Positions 1 through 10,279 of a stretch of DNA of 64,000 nt are shown piece after piece. The notes beneath the pieces are model-generated. The model saw nothing but the letters and a program-made list of their open reading frames with translations, had not been told where the DNA came from and did no database searches. The stretch is from assembly GCA_965213675.1 (NCBI GenBank), contig CBDCAF010000016.1:8871-72870 (forward strand), read 5' to 3'. A program made the position numbers and the translations under genes. Within the stretch, counting starts at the first letter, position 1; every line of letters begins with the position of its first letter. The stretch is from an uncultured Candidatus Binatia bacterium (GTDB lineage: Bacteria; Desulfobacterota; Binatia; UBA9968; JAJDTQ01).

Positions 1-63
1 GGCGATCCATATTCTCAAAGCGGCAGGCCCAAAGACTCGTCTGCCCGGCGCCGGGACACGACG

Positions 64-882
64 CTAGCGCTCGCCCCTCCCCAGTGCTTCCGAACGTTCC
101 GTGGCCTGCACCACCGCCTCCATCACGGTGGCGCGAAAAGCGCCCTGCTCCAGGGCGAAAAGGCCGGCGGCGGTGGTCCCGGCCGGCGAGGTGACGGCGT
201 CGCGAAGTTCCGCGAGATGCTGGTTGGACTGTCTCGCCATGACGGCGGAGCCGTAGACCGTTTGCAGCGCCAGCTTCAGGGCCACGTCCCGGCCGAGCCC
301 CATCTGCACGCCGGCGGCGGTGAGGGCCTCGATGAACAGGAAGACATACGCCGGGCCGCTCCCGCTCAAGGCGGTCACGGCGTCGAGATGGTGCTCCTCC
401 ACGGTGACCGCGAGGCCCACGCTTGCCAGGATCCGTCCCACGCGATCAAGATCTTCCTTCCGCGCCCAGCGGCCCCCGGCGTACGCCGAGGCCGCCTCGC
501 CCACGAGACAGGGCGTGTTGGGCATGACCCGGACCACGCGCGCGCCCTCGGGCAGAAGCCCCTCCAGCCGCGCGAGCGGCACCCCGGCGGCGATGGACAC
601 CACAAGCTTGTCATCCAGCGGGGTCCCGGCGAGTTCCCGCAACACCGCGTCGATGACCTGGGGCTTGACCGCGAGCACGACGATGTCCGAGGACTTCACC
701 AACTCGACGTTGTCGTGCACGAACCGGACGCCGGTCTCGTCCACCAGAGCCTTGCCCAGCGCTTCCACGGGATCGCTCGCGGCCAACCGGCTCCGGTCCA
801 CCAGACCCGCGCCCAGCATTCCCTTGATGATGGCGCTGCCCATCTTGCCGGCGCCGATGAAACCTATCCTGTCCTGGAGCAT
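64..882 (-). CDS. proC: Pyrroline-5-carboxylate reductase
   Basis: 272-aa ORF. N-terminal Rossmann motif IGFIGAGKMGSAI and family-typical C-terminal TSPAGTT motif. Confidence 0.9.
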   Translation of the reverse strand: MLQDRIGFIGAGKMGSAIIKGMLGAGLVDRSRLAASDPVEALGKALVDETGVRFVHDNVELVKSSDIVVLAVKPQVIDAVLRELAGTPLDDKLVVSIAAGVPLARLEGLLPEGARVVRVMPNTPCLVGEAASAYAGGRWARKEDLDRVGRILASVGLAVTVEEHHLDAVTALSGSGPAYVFLFIEALTAAGVQMGLGRDVALKLALQTVYGSAVMARQSNQHLAELRDAVTSPAGTTAAGLFALEQGAFRATVMEAVVQATERSEALGRGER

Positions 883-978
883 GAGGCCTCCTCGCGGTGA
901 CCCGCGCGCGTCACCGCAACGTTCCGTGTTCCTGATCCCGCGTCAACCAGAAAACTCATCAGGCGGCGGAAACAGAAC

Positions 979-1009
979 GGCGGCGGCATTCACCAGAAAC
1001 GCCGCCGCC
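979..1009 (-). terminator. Hairpin downstream of the cupin gene (9-bp GC stem GGCGGCGGC/GCCGCCGCC)
   Basis: Perfect 9-bp inverted repeat with a 13-nt loop. On the minus strand it is followed by GTTCTGTTTCC. The loop is long, so this is weak. Confidence 0.35.
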
Positions 1010-1032
1010 CGGGAAGACATCTGTGAACGGGC

Positions 1033-1431
1033 CTATACGGTCTTGAGTTGCACCGTGCCCTGGGCCACGCCGCGGATATAGCCCTCGAAACCTTGGGGCG
1101 AGAACGTCCACGTGATCCACAGCGGTTCGTCGTGGTCGTTGACGAAGCCATGGTTGGTGCGGGGCGGAATGAATACGACCGAGCCCGGAACGATATCCGT
1201 GGTCTCGTCGCCCACGGTCGCGGTGGCCCGACCGCCGAACACGAACAATATTTCTTCGGCGTCATCGTGGGAGTGCAGCGGAATCTCGCTGTGAGGATCG
1301 ACCTGCTGCAGGCCCATGGAGAAGTGGCGCGTCCCGGTCGTGCGGGGTTCGACGCAGGGATACAGGGTGCGCGGCGCCTCCCCTTCGATGCGCACGACCT
1401 CGGCGTCCTCTCTGGAAAAGAAATACTTCAT
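1033..1431 (-). CDS. Cupin domain protein
   Basis: 132 aa. Two-His cupin motifs: HSHDDAEEILFVFGG ... PPRTNHGFVN. Confidence 0.75.
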   Translation of the reverse strand: MKYFFSREDAEVVRIEGEAPRTLYPCVEPRTTGTRHFSMGLQQVDPHSEIPLHSHDDAEEILFVFGGRATATVGDETTDIVPGSVVFIPPRTNHGFVNDHDEPLWITWTFSPQGFEGYIRGVAQGTVQLKTV

Positions 1432-1434
1432 GAC

Positions 1435-1860
1435 CTAGTAACTCTCTTCCTCCGCATCGTTCGTGGCAAGGCGACGGAGCGTGCGGTCGTCGTCGAAGTT
1501 CTTCGTCATCCGGGATTCCCGTTCCACCTCTTCCTGACAGCGCACACACAGCCGCGTGAAGGGCATCACCTTGAGCCGCCCCACTCCAATGTCCTCGCCG
1601 CATTCCTCGCACTCCCCGTAGGAGCCCTCGCCCAGCCGGGCCAACGCGTCTTCGATGGCCATCAGCTTCGTGCGCTCGCGGTCGTTGAGGATCATGTTGA
1701 TCTCGCGGTCCCGCTCGTCACTGGCCAGATCGTAAGTGTCGCGCCCTTCGTCCTTGGTGCTTTCCACCTCCTGCTTGAACCGGTCCGGAAGGTCCTGCAG
1801 AAGCTGACTCTTCATGTCGAGCAGCGTCTCCCGGAACTTCTTCAGTGCGTCTTTTCTCAT
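1435..1860 (-). CDS. DksA/TraR family C4-type zinc-finger transcriptional regulator
   Basis: CEECGEDI...CVRCQ four-Cys finger after a coiled-coil region. Start moved to MRKDAL (ATG 1860), which is preceded by an AGGAG RBS. Confidence 0.85.
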   Translation of the reverse strand: MRKDALKKFRETLLDMKSQLLQDLPDRFKQEVESTKDEGRDTYDLASDERDREINMILNDRERTKLMAIEDALARLGEGSYGECEECGEDIGVGRLKVMPFTRLCVRCQEEVERESRMTKNFDDDRTLRRLATNDAEEESY

Positions 1861-2013
1861 GGTTGTATCTCCTGGCAAGAGGTCCAATTGACCACTATTT
1901 CAGGGCGGAGTCAACCAGAGAAACAGGCCCCGGGGACGGCGGTTGGCCGCGCGGGCGCGCTGCCCCGGCCGCCTCCGGGCGCGTGTCGCCACCCCTCCCG
2001 GAAACCCCGCGGG

Positions 2014-2688
2014 TCAGGACCCGAACTCAACGATATCGACGCCTTGGGGCACATTCAATCGAAATACCGAGGGGTCCAGGCCGTGCCCGCGCTGGATGTT
2101 CCGGAAACCGAAGGTCCACAGGTTGCCGCCACCGTCCTCGATGCGCACGCCGCGGATGTCGTAGCGCTCACCGTCGACGGTGAGGACGATCTCCCGGAGG
2201 CCGCTATTGGTCTTTCTGGGGATCAGTTTGAGTTGGTGACTGTCGGCGGTGCTTTCGAGCAACTCCGAACGGAAGTCCCGTTCCAGTTTGCCGATGCCCA
2301 GCAGAAAGGACAGCGGCAAATCCGAGCGAAACGCCGCGCGCAGGGCGGTCTTGACAACCTGGCGTTCCGCGGGCTGGTAGAAATAGAGGTGGCGCCCGTC
2401 GGAAAGCACGAACTGCCCCGCGGGCTCTTCGTAGCGCCACAGCATCTTGCCGGGCCGGCTGAAGTAGAATCGGCCCCTGCCCGCGATGCTCCGGTTCAGC
2501 GTGCGGTACTCGGTGGTCTGGCGAAACTCCGCGCTGTACTCGCGCGTCTCGTCGTAGCGCCGCTGCACTTCCCGCACCACGTCCGCCGCGGTCCGTGCCC
2601 GGGCTTCCTGTGTCAGCGCCGCCAGCAGCAGCGCGCATGCGACGGCGAAAACAACCCGAAGACAGTCAGATCGACGGTGTGCGTTCAT
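2014..2688 (-). CDS. lolA: Outer-membrane lipoprotein carrier protein LolA
   Basis: 224 aa. Signal peptide (VVFAVACALLLAALTQEARA) followed by a LolA-like sequence (FxQ...LWRYEEP...YFYQP). Confidence 0.8.
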   Translation of the reverse strand: MNAHRRSDCLRVVFAVACALLLAALTQEARARTAADVVREVQRRYDETREYSAEFRQTTEYRTLNRSIAGRGRFYFSRPGKMLWRYEEPAGQFVLSDGRHLYFYQPAERQVVKTALRAAFRSDLPLSFLLGIGKLERDFRSELLESTADSHQLKLIPRKTNSGLREIVLTVDGERYDIRGVRIEDGGGNLWTFGFRNIQRGHGLDPSVFRLNVPQGVDIVEFGS

Positions 2689-2704
2689 TGCGAATAGGCC
2701 CTCG

Positions 2705-4972
2705 TCATTCTTCGATCCTTGGCGCCAGAACCTCGCGCGGCTTGGCGCCGTCGGCCGGCCCCACCACGCCCTCCCGTTCCATCTTCTCGATCATGCGCGC
2801 GGCGCGGTTGTAGCCCACTCGCAGGCGGCGCTGGATCATGGAGATGGACGCCTGCCGGGTCTCGGTGACCACCGCCACCGCCTGATCGTACATTTCGTCG
2901 TAATCCTCGTCCAGGCCGTCGACACCGCTGCCCGCCTCCGCGGCCGCCTCCAGAATTTCCGGCCGGTACTCGGGCCGCCCTTGCTTCTTGATGAAGTCCG
3001 TGACCTTGCCGATTTCCCGGTTGGACACGTAGGGCCCGTGGAGCCGGATCAACCGGGCGGTGCCGGGGGGCAGGAAGAGCAGATCGCCGTTGCCCAGGAG
3101 ATTTTCGGCGCCCTGGCCGTCGAGGATCGTGCGCGAGTCGATGCGCGAGGTCACCTGAAAGGAAACCCTGGCGGGAAAGTTCGCCTTGATGAGTCCGGTG
3201 ATCACGTCCACCGATGGCCGCTGGGTGGCCAGCACCATGTGGATTCCCGCTGCCCGGGCCTTCTGGGCCAGTCGCGTGATATGCTCTTCGATGTCCCGGC
3301 CCACGGACATCATCAAGTCCGCCAGCTCGTCGATGAGGATCACCACCCGCGGCAGGTGGGAATGTTCCAGCTCCTCGCTTCCGTCCAGGCGTCCGCCCAC
3401 CTCCCCCTCGTTCTCCTCGGAGGGGTCCGCGGACGCCGGGCGGGGCGGCGGCTCCTTTTCCAGGATGCGATTGTAGTTGTCGATGTTGCGCGCGCCCTTG
3501 TCGCGCATCAGGCGGTAGCGCCGGTCCATCTCCTGCACGGCCCAGAACAGGGCGGCGCGGGCCTCCTTGGGGTCGGTCACCACCGGCGTCAGGAGGTGGG
3601 GCAGGCCCTCGTACGGCGTCAGCTCCAGCATCTTGGGGTCGATCATGATGAAGCGCACGTCGTCCGGCTTGGACCGGTAGAGGATGCTCAGGATCATCGA
3701 GTTGAGCGACACGGACTTGCCCGTGCCGGTGGCGCCGGCCACCAGCAAGTGCGGCATGCGCGCGAGGTCGGTGGCGAACGGAGCGCCGGCCACGTCTTTG
3801 CCCAGGGCCAGCGGCAGGCTCGCGCCCGACTCGGCGTAGGCCGCGTCCTCCAGCATCTCCCGCAGAAAAACCTTCTCCCGCCGGGTGTTGGGCACTTCGA
3901 TTCCGACCACGGACTCCCCCGGGATGGGCGCCAGTATGCGAATGCTCACCGCGCTCAGGGCCATGGCGAGGTCGTCCGCCACGCCCACGATGCGGCGCAC
4001 CATGACGCCGGGAGCGGGGCGGAACTCATACACCGTTATGACCGGTCCCGGACGCGCCGCCAGCACCTCGCCCTCGATGCCGAAGTCCTGAAGCTTGCGC
4101 TGCAGCACGAGACAATTGGCTTCCAGCGAGGCCTTGTCCACGCTCGCTTCTTCCTGGGGCGGCGCATCGAGGAAAGCCAGGGACGGCAGCGTGTACCCGT
4201 TGCCGAGTTCCGGCAAGACGAACTGTTCGGGTTCCGGTCTGGCCCCGGGTCTGGCCTTTGCCCTGGCCTTCGGCTTCTTCCTGCGTGCGCTGGGCGCCAC
4301 CGGCGCCTCCTGCTCGATCACCTCGTCAAGGATGATCGGCGGCGGCTTGAAGTCCCGTTGCTCCTTCTTGACGTTGGCGGGGGCCTCCCCTCCCGGCTTG
4401 AGCCAGCGCGCGGAAGCTACGGCCGCCCCCATGGAAGAGCGGAACTGGCCGCGCGCTTCGACGAGACCGCCCCACCAGTTCAGCATGGACGTCTGGGTCA
4501 GCCACATGCCCGCCAGCAAGAGCAGAAACAGCGCGATCGCGCAGGTCCCGGCGTAGCCGAACATCTCCGTGAGCAACACCAGCGAAAAGCCACCCAGAAC
4601 GCCGCCGCCGTCCCGCGCCAGTTCCACGTCGTGCACGAGGCTGATGAGGATCGCCAGCACCCACAGCAGCACGCCGCTGCCCAGGAGTTGAAGGAACCGC
4701 AAGCGGCGCGGTTCGCGGCGGAACAGGCGCAGCGCCATCCACGCCAGCAGCAGCGGCACCAGGTAGGCCGCGAGCCCCAGCGCCTGCAACAGCGCATCGG
4801 CCATGTAAGCGCCCACCACGCCGCCGAGGTTCAGGGGGTCCCGCGGGCCGGCGGGGACGTTGAAGGAACGGTCCAGGGGGCTGTAGGAAAGCAGGCTAAG
4901 AATCGCAAAGCAGGCGCCGAGCAGCGTCACCGAGCCCCACAGTTCACGGTTGATCCGAGTGCCTTTCTCCAT
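2705..4972 (-). CDS. ftsK: DNA translocase FtsK/SpoIIIE
   Basis: N-terminal TM helices, Pro/Lys-rich linker, Walker A GATGTGKSV and a C-terminal gamma wHTH (SISMIQRRLRVGYNRAARMIE). Start set at MEKGTRIN (ATG 4972). The 5' ORF extension overlaps rnj and is an artefact. Confidence 0.9.
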   Translation of the reverse strand: MEKGTRINRELWGSVTLLGACFAILSLLSYSPLDRSFNVPAGPRDPLNLGGVVGAYMADALLQALGLAAYLVPLLLAWMALRLFRREPRRLRFLQLLGSGVLLWVLAILISLVHDVELARDGGGVLGGFSLVLLTEMFGYAGTCAIALFLLLLAGMWLTQTSMLNWWGGLVEARGQFRSSMGAAVASARWLKPGGEAPANVKKEQRDFKPPPIILDEVIEQEAPVAPSARRKKPKARAKARPGARPEPEQFVLPELGNGYTLPSLAFLDAPPQEEASVDKASLEANCLVLQRKLQDFGIEGEVLAARPGPVITVYEFRPAPGVMVRRIVGVADDLAMALSAVSIRILAPIPGESVVGIEVPNTRREKVFLREMLEDAAYAESGASLPLALGKDVAGAPFATDLARMPHLLVAGATGTGKSVSLNSMILSILYRSKPDDVRFIMIDPKMLELTPYEGLPHLLTPVVTDPKEARAALFWAVQEMDRRYRLMRDKGARNIDNYNRILEKEPPPRPASADPSEENEGEVGGRLDGSEELEHSHLPRVVILIDELADLMMSVGRDIEEHITRLAQKARAAGIHMVLATQRPSVDVITGLIKANFPARVSFQVTSRIDSRTILDGQGAENLLGNGDLLFLPPGTARLIRLHGPYVSNREIGKVTDFIKKQGRPEYRPEILEAAAEAGSGVDGLDEDYDEMYDQAVAVVTETRQASISMIQRRLRVGYNRAARMIEKMEREGVVGPADGAKPREVLAPRIEE

Positions 4973-4983
4973 GCGCGCCTCGC

Positions 4984-6639
4984 CTACATCTCCATGATAT
5001 AGGATACGATCACCGGCCGGCGGTGGAGCCGCTTCTCGAAGAACCGCCGCAGCGACCGGCGGATGCCTTCCTTCAACTCCACGGAGTCCGTACGCGTCTC
5101 GGCGCCACAGCCGTCGAGGTATGCCCACAGCACCTCCTTCGCCGTGCCGAGGACGTCGTCTTCCTCCTCCGAACGCATGAAGCCGCGCGCCAGCAGGTCC
5201 GGCCCCGCGGTCACCTCGCCGGTGCGCGGGTGCACCGCCATGGCCACCACCACGAGCCCGTCCTCGCTCAAGTGGCGGCGGTCGCGGATGACGATGTCCT
5301 CCACGTCGCCGACGCCCTTGCCGTCCACGAAGACCTTGCCGGTGGACACCGGCTCCACGCGCCAGGCGTCCTGTCCGTCCAGCTCCAGTGCGTCGCCGTT
5401 CTCCAGCAGAAAGCAATTGTCCGCGGGGATGCCCACGGTGCGGGCCAGCTCCACATGCTTGCAGAGCTGCCGGTACTCCCCGTGCAGCGGCACGAAGTAG
5501 CGCGGCCGGGTGAGTTGGAGCATGGTCTTCAACTCCTCCTGGCTCGCGTGCCCCGAGACGTGGATCTCCGACGTGCGCTCGTAGTGAACCTCGGCGCCGC
5601 GCCGGTAGAGATGGTTGATGAGATTGCTGATGACCTTCTCGTTCCCCGGAATGAACCGTGCCGACAGCACCACCGTATCGCTGGGCCGCAGCCGGATGGA
5701 GCGGTGCTCGCCAAAGGCGATCCGATGAAGCACGGAGAACGGCTCCCCCTGGCTCCCGGTGGTGACGAAACAGAGGCGGTCGTCGGCCACGTCCTGCCAA
5801 CTCCGGCCGTCCGTCATCACGTCATGAGGAAGGCGCAGGTAGCCCAGGTCCGACGCGATGCCGGTGTTGTGGATGAGGCTCCTTCCGCTGAGCACCAGCT
5901 TGCGGCCGAAATCCGCAGCCACCTCGGCCACCTGCTGGATGCGCGGGATGTGCGAGGCGAAGGTGGCGATGAAGACGCGGCCCGGGCTGGAGGCGAAGAT
6001 GCCCCGGAGCCCCTGCCCGACGCTGCGCTCCGACGGCGTGGTCCCCCGGTTCTCCACGTTGGTGGAGTCCGAAAGCAGCAACAGGACGCCGCGGTCGCCG
6101 TAGGCCGCGAAGCGGTGGAAATCGAAGTTCTCTCCCGCCACGGGCGTGTTGTCGATCTTGAAATCGCCGCTGTGGAGGACGATGCCCACGGGCGTCTCGA
6201 TGGCCAGGGCGACGCAGTCCACGAGACTGTGGGTGACCGGAATTCCCTCGATGGTAAAGGGACCCACCGAGAAGCGCTCACCCGGCACCATCTCCACCAG
6301 GTCCGTGGCCTCTTCGAGCCGGTGCTCGCGCAGCTTGTGGCGCACGAAGCCCAGGGTCAGGGGCGTGCCGTAAACCGGCGTCTGGCAGCGCCGGAGGAAG
6401 TAGGGCAAGGCGCCGATGTGATCCTCGTGGGCGTGGGTGAGGATGATCGCCCGGGGCGTCTTGCCCTGCTCCACGAGGTAGCTGATGTCGGGAATGACTA
6501 GATCGATGCCCAGTTGCTCGGGGCTCGGGAACATGACGCCGCAATCCACCACCACGACGTCGTCACCCCATTCGAGCGCCAGCATGTTGCCGCCGAATTC
6601 GCCCAGTCCCCCCAAGGGTATGATTCTCAAGGAATCCAT
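4984..6639 (-). CDS. rnj: Ribonuclease J (metallo-beta-lactamase/beta-CASP)
   Basis: 551 aa. Contains the HAHEDHIGALPY motif, and the length and architecture are typical of RNase J. Confidence 0.9.
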   Translation of the reverse strand: MDSLRIIPLGGLGEFGGNMLALEWGDDVVVVDCGVMFPSPEQLGIDLVIPDISYLVEQGKTPRAIILTHAHEDHIGALPYFLRRCQTPVYGTPLTLGFVRHKLREHRLEEATDLVEMVPGERFSVGPFTIEGIPVTHSLVDCVALAIETPVGIVLHSGDFKIDNTPVAGENFDFHRFAAYGDRGVLLLLSDSTNVENRGTTPSERSVGQGLRGIFASSPGRVFIATFASHIPRIQQVAEVAADFGRKLVLSGRSLIHNTGIASDLGYLRLPHDVMTDGRSWQDVADDRLCFVTTGSQGEPFSVLHRIAFGEHRSIRLRPSDTVVLSARFIPGNEKVISNLINHLYRRGAEVHYERTSEIHVSGHASQEELKTMLQLTRPRYFVPLHGEYRQLCKHVELARTVGIPADNCFLLENGDALELDGQDAWRVEPVSTGKVFVDGKGVGDVEDIVIRDRRHLSEDGLVVVAMAVHPRTGEVTAGPDLLARGFMRSEEEDDVLGTAKEVLWAYLDGCGAETRTDSVELKEGIRRSLRRFFEKRLHRRPVIVSYIMEM

Positions 6640-7383
6640 CTATGGCGCCTGCCCGGTCCGGCCGCTCTCCGCCGGTTCCGGGTCCTGCACCGGCGACAAG
6701 CGCACGGCGATGGCTTCGCGGACGCGCGCCATTTGTCGGCGCGAATGGTCGTCATGGTCCTCGGCTGCAATCGCCTTGCCGATGTGGACCACCACCTCGC
6801 CGGACCGAAGGCGCCAATCGCCCGGCGGCATCAGGGTGCCCGACCCCACCAGCGTAATGGGCACGATGGACACGCCCGCCTTCCCGGCCATGTGGAAGCC
6901 GCCGCGCTTGAAGGGCAACAACCGGCCGTCCGTGCTGCGCGTGCCCTCCGGGAACACCACCATGGAGATTCCCCGTTCGAGCTTGTCACAGGCGCCGTCC
7001 ATGGCCGCCATCATGTCCTTCGAACGGGTGCGCTTGACCAGGACGTGCCTGGACGCCCACAGCGCCCAGCCGAAGAACGGAACGCGCAACAACTCGCGTT
7101 TCGCCATCCAGCGCAACTGAAACGGCGCCAGCGCCCGCACCAGCACCGGAATGTCGATATTGCTCTGGTGGTTGGCCATGAAGACGTAAGCCCGCGCCGG
7201 GTCCAGCTCCCCGGTCCAGCGCACCCGCACTGCCACGCCGCCGGTCTTGAGAACGCACCAGGACCAGAAACGAAAGAACGGGTAGACGCGCCTGCCATGG
7301 GGATCGGCAAGTCCAAGAACAATGATGGGAATGCTCTCCAGAAGGCTTATGCCGAGGACCAGGGCCAGCTTGAGCGTGTACAT
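6640..7383 (-). CDS. plsC: 1-acyl-sn-glycerol-3-phosphate acyltransferase
   Basis: NHQSNIDI (HX4D) and FPEGTRS motifs. The start is uncertain: MYTLKL at 7383 or upstream at 7446. Confidence 0.8.
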   Translation of the reverse strand: MYTLKLALVLGISLLESIPIIVLGLADPHGRRVYPFFRFWSWCVLKTGGVAVRVRWTGELDPARAYVFMANHQSNIDIPVLVRALAPFQLRWMAKRELLRVPFFGWALWASRHVLVKRTRSKDMMAAMDGACDKLERGISMVVFPEGTRSTDGRLLPFKRGGFHMAGKAGVSIVPITLVGSGTLMPPGDWRLRSGEVVVHIGKAIAAEDHDDHSRRQMARVREAIAVRLSPVQDPEPAESGRTGQAP

Positions 7384-7515
7384 GCGGTGAAGGCGTGTCC
7401 GGCGGGCCTGCGTGCGGCCCGCCGCCCGAAGGGAGACACCGATCAAGCCTTTATTCTAGGGGATACCGCGAGTGAATGCAATTTTGCCGGACCGTTCGGG
7501 CGGTTCCGCCGGCTT

Positions 7516-8520
7516 CTAAAGCTCGATCTTCTCCGCGTAGAGTCCCTTGACGAAGCCGCCCTTGTCCAGCCCCTTCAGCGTGTCCAGCTCCATATAGCGC
7601 TGCGGATCAAGTTGGCGCGCGCGCGCATCCGTCACGGCCACCGCGTCGATCAGCGCCTGCACTCCTTCGATGCGCGGGAGCGGCAACGGTTCCAGGCGCT
7701 GGGCGAGCGCGCTGTACGTGCCCGGGAGGGTCGCGCCCTGGGCCAGGGTCACGTACTTGTCGATGATGCGCATGGTGTCGGCGCGTTCCGCCAGGAAGTG
7801 CTGGATGCCGTTGAGGTAGGCCATGAGGAAGCGCCGCAGCTCGTTGGGACGGCGCTCGGCGAAGGAACGGCTGGTCACCAGCAGGTCCGTGGTGAGGTGA
7901 ACCTGCCCGAGGTCGAGCACCTTGATGCCCCAGTGTTGCACCTGTGCCGCCACGTCCGGCACCAGCGGCGCGGCCTGAACCACGTTGCGGAACAGCGCCG
8001 CGGCTCGCTGGGGCGAAAACCCGATGGGCACCATCTCCACGTCTTCCACCGGATTCAGTCCTGCGCGTCTCAGCAGGACCCGCGCGATCAAATCGGACTT
8101 GCGCCCCAGACGCGACACCCCGACCCTCTTGCCCCTGAGCTGCGCGAGGTCGTCGACGTAGGAGGCCACGCCGAAGCGGTAGTGCTCGGGATTCGCGTGG
8201 CCGCCGATGAACACCAGGTCGGCGCCGCCGCTGATGGCCTCCAGCGGCGGCATCACGTCCTCGGAGGCGACGAAGATGTCCATCCCCAAAAGGCTTTGCA
8301 CGCCGCCCGCGGCGGCGCCGTCAATGTACACCGGATCGATATCGAGGCCGTACCTGGCGAAGAGCTCGGTGTCCCTGGCGATCCAGGTGACCACGGTGCC
8401 GGCCCCGAAACCCGCGAACGCAACCCGGACCCTCCTGGAGTCGTCCGCGAAAGAGACGGCAACGCAGGTCAGCGCCGCAACCACCGCTGCCGCAAATACA
8501 TTCAGGAATCGGCAGAACAT
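7516..8520 (-). CDS. ABC transporter substrate-binding protein, NMT1/SsuA-TauA-like
   Basis: Signal peptide MFCRFLNVFAAAVVAALTCVAVSFA and an NMT1-like periplasmic-binding fold sequence. A GGAGGG RBS lies before ATG 8520. Confidence 0.7.
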   Translation of the reverse strand: MFCRFLNVFAAAVVAALTCVAVSFADDSRRVRVAFAGFGAGTVVTWIARDTELFARYGLDIDPVYIDGAAAGGVQSLLGMDIFVASEDVMPPLEAISGGADLVFIGGHANPEHYRFGVASYVDDLAQLRGKRVGVSRLGRKSDLIARVLLRRAGLNPVEDVEMVPIGFSPQRAAALFRNVVQAAPLVPDVAAQVQHWGIKVLDLGQVHLTTDLLVTSRSFAERRPNELRRFLMAYLNGIQHFLAERADTMRIIDKYVTLAQGATLPGTYSALAQRLEPLPLPRIEGVQALIDAVAVTDARARQLDPQRYMELDTLKGLDKGGFVKGLYAEKIEL

Positions 8521-8631
8521 GATCCCCTCCCCGCGGCCGCACACCAGCGGCACACCAGCGCCGACCGCAACGCCATCCTATAGGCAGGAACAGGCACGGT
8601 CAATGCGGGGCGGCGGTCCGGCGTCCAGCCT

Positions 8632-9585
8632 CTATGGTTCGGGCTCCTCCACCAGATCCGCAAGCATTTCGATGAACAGCCGGTGGTCGTTCACCGCGGG
8701 CGCCCGGTGATAAGCCATTCCCAGATCGAGAGCCCGCCCGCGGGCTTCGACGTCGAGGTCGTACAGCACCTCGACGTGATCGCAGACGAAACCGATGGGA
8801 ACCAGGACCACCGCGGTCTCGCCGGCGCGGGCGAGTTCCTCGATCACCACGCACACGTCGGGACCGAGCCAAGGGTCCCTGGGGTTGCCGCTGCGGCTCT
8901 GGTACGCCAACTCCCAACGCGCGCAGCCTGCCTCCTCGGCTACACGCCGTGCGGCTCGGGCGAACTGCTCCGCGTAGGGCGAGACGTCGGCCATGGACCG
9001 GGGAATGCTGTGGGCGGTGAAAATCAATGGCGCGCTCCGAGACGCGGGCGGGAGCGTTTCCAGGGTGGCCGCGACGCAGTCGGCCACCGCGCGGATGAAC
9101 AGGGGATGGTCGGCCCACGGTTCGGCGTACTCCACCACGGGAGCCCGTTCCCCCAATGCCGCGCGCGCGGCCTCCACGCTGTCGATATAGCGGCCCCAGG
9201 ATGCCTCCGTCTGAAAGGCGGACAGAACGATGCCGCGCACGCGCCGGCAGCCGCCGGCCGCGAGCGTCTCCAGTGCTTCGTCCAGGAACGGGCGCCAGTT
9301 GCGCATGCCGACGTGGACGGGCGTGGCGCGGCCGTCCCGCCGGAGCCGTTCGCGCAACCCTCGAGCCTGCCGGCGCGTCAACTCGTTGAGCGGCGAGCGA
9401 CCGCCGATCAGCTCGTAGTGGTGCGCGACCGCTTCAAGGCGCGCCCGCGGAATACCCCGCCCCTCGGTCACACGCTCAAGGAACGGACGTATTTCGCCGG
9501 GATTCTCGGGTCCGCCAAAAGCGATCAGCAGGATCGCATCGAATCGCGTCATGTCGTCGTGGAGAAAAGGTACGAGACGGTGCAC
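8632..9585 (-). CDS. hemH: Ferrochelatase
   Basis: 317 aa. Family-typical N-terminus (AILLIAFGGPE...) and conserved His/Glu-containing regions. Confidence 0.88.
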   Translation of the reverse strand: MHRLVPFLHDDMTRFDAILLIAFGGPENPGEIRPFLERVTEGRGIPRARLEAVAHHYELIGGRSPLNELTRRQARGLRERLRRDGRATPVHVGMRNWRPFLDEALETLAAGGCRRVRGIVLSAFQTEASWGRYIDSVEAARAALGERAPVVEYAEPWADHPLFIRAVADCVAATLETLPPASRSAPLIFTAHSIPRSMADVSPYAEQFARAARRVAEEAGCARWELAYQSRSGNPRDPWLGPDVCVVIEELARAGETAVVLVPIGFVCDHVEVLYDLDVEARGRALDLGMAYHRAPAVNDHRLFIEMLADLVEEPEP

Positions 9586-9775
9586 CGGATTCGGCAGGGA
9601 GCCGATGACCCCGGCATCAAGCTACCCATGTACCAATGCGCCTTACCAATGCGGTTCACCTGAGCGCTTCCACAACAGGCTGTGCGCTTGTGGCGACCGG
9701 ACTTGCCGGTCTTGCCGCATCAACGGGATCACTTGCTACGACGTTATCTTCGAATCGACCGGCTAACACTTTCCG

Positions 9776-10093
9776 CTACCACTCGATGCGGATGCAGAGT
9801 TCCTCTCCGCGTTTCTCCACCGGCAGCACGGTCAGCGGATCGCCGCCCTTGGGCAGCACACACTCCCCGGAGTCGAGGTCGAAACAATAGCCATGGTTGT
9901 CGCAGCGGACCTTGCCCGCGAGGATGGGGCCGTTCATCAGGTCCGCGCTCTCGTGTGGACAGTAGCGCGAAAACGCGAAGTAGTCGTTGTCCAGCCGCGT
10001 CACCACGAGGGCACGCCCGTTCAACTCCACCGCCTTGCGCTCGCCCGGCTCCAGTTCGTCCGCGCGCGCCACCGGTATGTAGGTCACTCCCAC
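9776..10093 (-). CDS. Rieske [2Fe-2S] domain protein
   Basis: CPH...(16)...CxxH (CPHESADL ... CDNHGYCF). GTG start at 10093, 6 nt after a GGAGG RBS. 105 aa. Confidence 0.75.
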   Translation of the reverse strand: MGVTYIPVARADELEPGERKAVELNGRALVVTRLDNDYFAFSRYCPHESADLMNGPILAGKVRCDNHGYCFDLDSGECVLPKGGDPLTVLPVEKRGEELCIRIEW

Positions 10094-10279
10094 GCTCTTC
10101 CTCCGATTTGATTCCCTGCCATGGAGCGCGCAAGGGCGACCGGCCGGCCGCCCTGCACGAGATCCGAACTGCATCAGGAACCGGGTCAGGGAACGGCCCT
10201 GCCGGAGCTTTTCCCGTTCGTCCTGCGCGTGGCTCCGCACCAACGGAGCGACGCGCAGGACGCGCACTCCCCAAAGCCC

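Noticed and set aside
883-1032. Second hairpin GGTGAC-N8-GTCACC (about 895-914) near the proC start, considered as a regulatory element.
   Set aside because: The stem is a short 6 bp in GC-rich DNA and is not distinguishable from chance.
1048-2697. Long antisense or alternative-frame ORFs throughout the track, for example 1048-2697 (549 aa), 2981-5002 (673 aa), 9744-11774 (676 aa), 10121-12400 (759 aa), 23101-25185 (694 aa), 37713-39452 (579 aa), 44729-46654 (641 aa) and 47145-48932 (595 aa).
   Set aside because: They are Arg/Pro/Gly/Ala-rich, low-complexity translations lying opposite or out of frame to genes with clear family motifs. These are the typical stop-codon-poor shadow ORFs of a high-GC genome.
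4973-5800. 276-codon N-terminal extension of the FtsK ORF.
   Set aside because: It overlaps the well-supported RNase J gene in another frame and is Arg/Gly-rich. The FtsK membrane domain starts right after MEKGTRIN at 4972.
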